In this document: one piece after another, positions 63,883 through 64,000 of the stretch
How the letters are laid out: each line of letters opens with the position of its first letter
Numbering within the stretch: position 1 is the first letter of the stretch
Origin: Aplysia californica
Lineage: Eukaryota
Length of the DNA stretch: 64,000 nt
Assembly: GCF_000002075.1 (NCBI RefSeq)
Contig: NW_004798191.1
Location: 1-64,000 of the forward strand
Reading direction: 5' to 3'
The notes under the pieces: generated by a model
The model's database searches: none
Told to the model about the DNA's origin: nothing
Seen by the model: the letters and a program-made list of their open reading frames with translations, nothing else
Translations under genes and position numbers: made by a program

Positions 63883-64000
63883 CCCTCCACGAGTTTGGTC
63901 CTCACGGATTTGTCTGCGACGTCTCCTACAACCGTGATGAACCTCTCTGGGTGCTGCCCGCCGCTCACCTTCTGGCATTTCTCCAGAACGTTCTGTAGCC
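63883..64000 (-). CDS. Third SDR exon-1 copy (partial; window edge and gap)
   Basis: LQNVLEKCQKVSGGQHPERFITVVGDVADKSVRTKLVEG, nearly identical in protein to 59320-59430 with many synonymous changes. Confidence 0.8.

Overview
Eukaryotic (animal) draft-scaffold DNA, AT-rich, with many N gaps and microsatellites. Gene and repeat content suggests a gastropod mollusc; this is an inference and the species cannot be identified. Spliced genes reconstructed by hand from GT-AG sites and exon phases: (1) a secreted two-repeat ADEL/DUF3011-type lectin (+, 8652-11581); (2) the terminal exon (TM3-TM7) of a molluscan chemoreceptor-like class A GPCR with a microsatellite-encoded third loop (+, 22585-23540); (3) a THAP zinc-finger gene whose THAP domain is separated by a single in-frame TAG from a further 527 codons of ~60-aa repeats, an HCF-1-binding motif and a coiled coil, followed by a probable P-element transposase remnant (+, 26851-30660); (4) a six-exon, 185-aa secreted orphan protein that the ORF track does not show as a gene (-, 41310-45802); (5) four internal exons of a fungal-type Cys2/CysA serine O-acyltransferase (+, 51202-54675); (6) a short-chain dehydrogenase cluster with several exon-1 copies but only one visible exon 2 (-, 56613-64000). 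The rest is mobile DNA: ~20 copies of a ~170-bp retroposon with a covarying 3' hairpin, tRNA-derived SINEs, a MITE family with 6-bp target-site duplications (TSDs), piggyBac, MULE and Harbinger remnants, and RTE, L2 and RNase-H LINE fragments, often nested. All family assignments come from motif recognition, not database searches.
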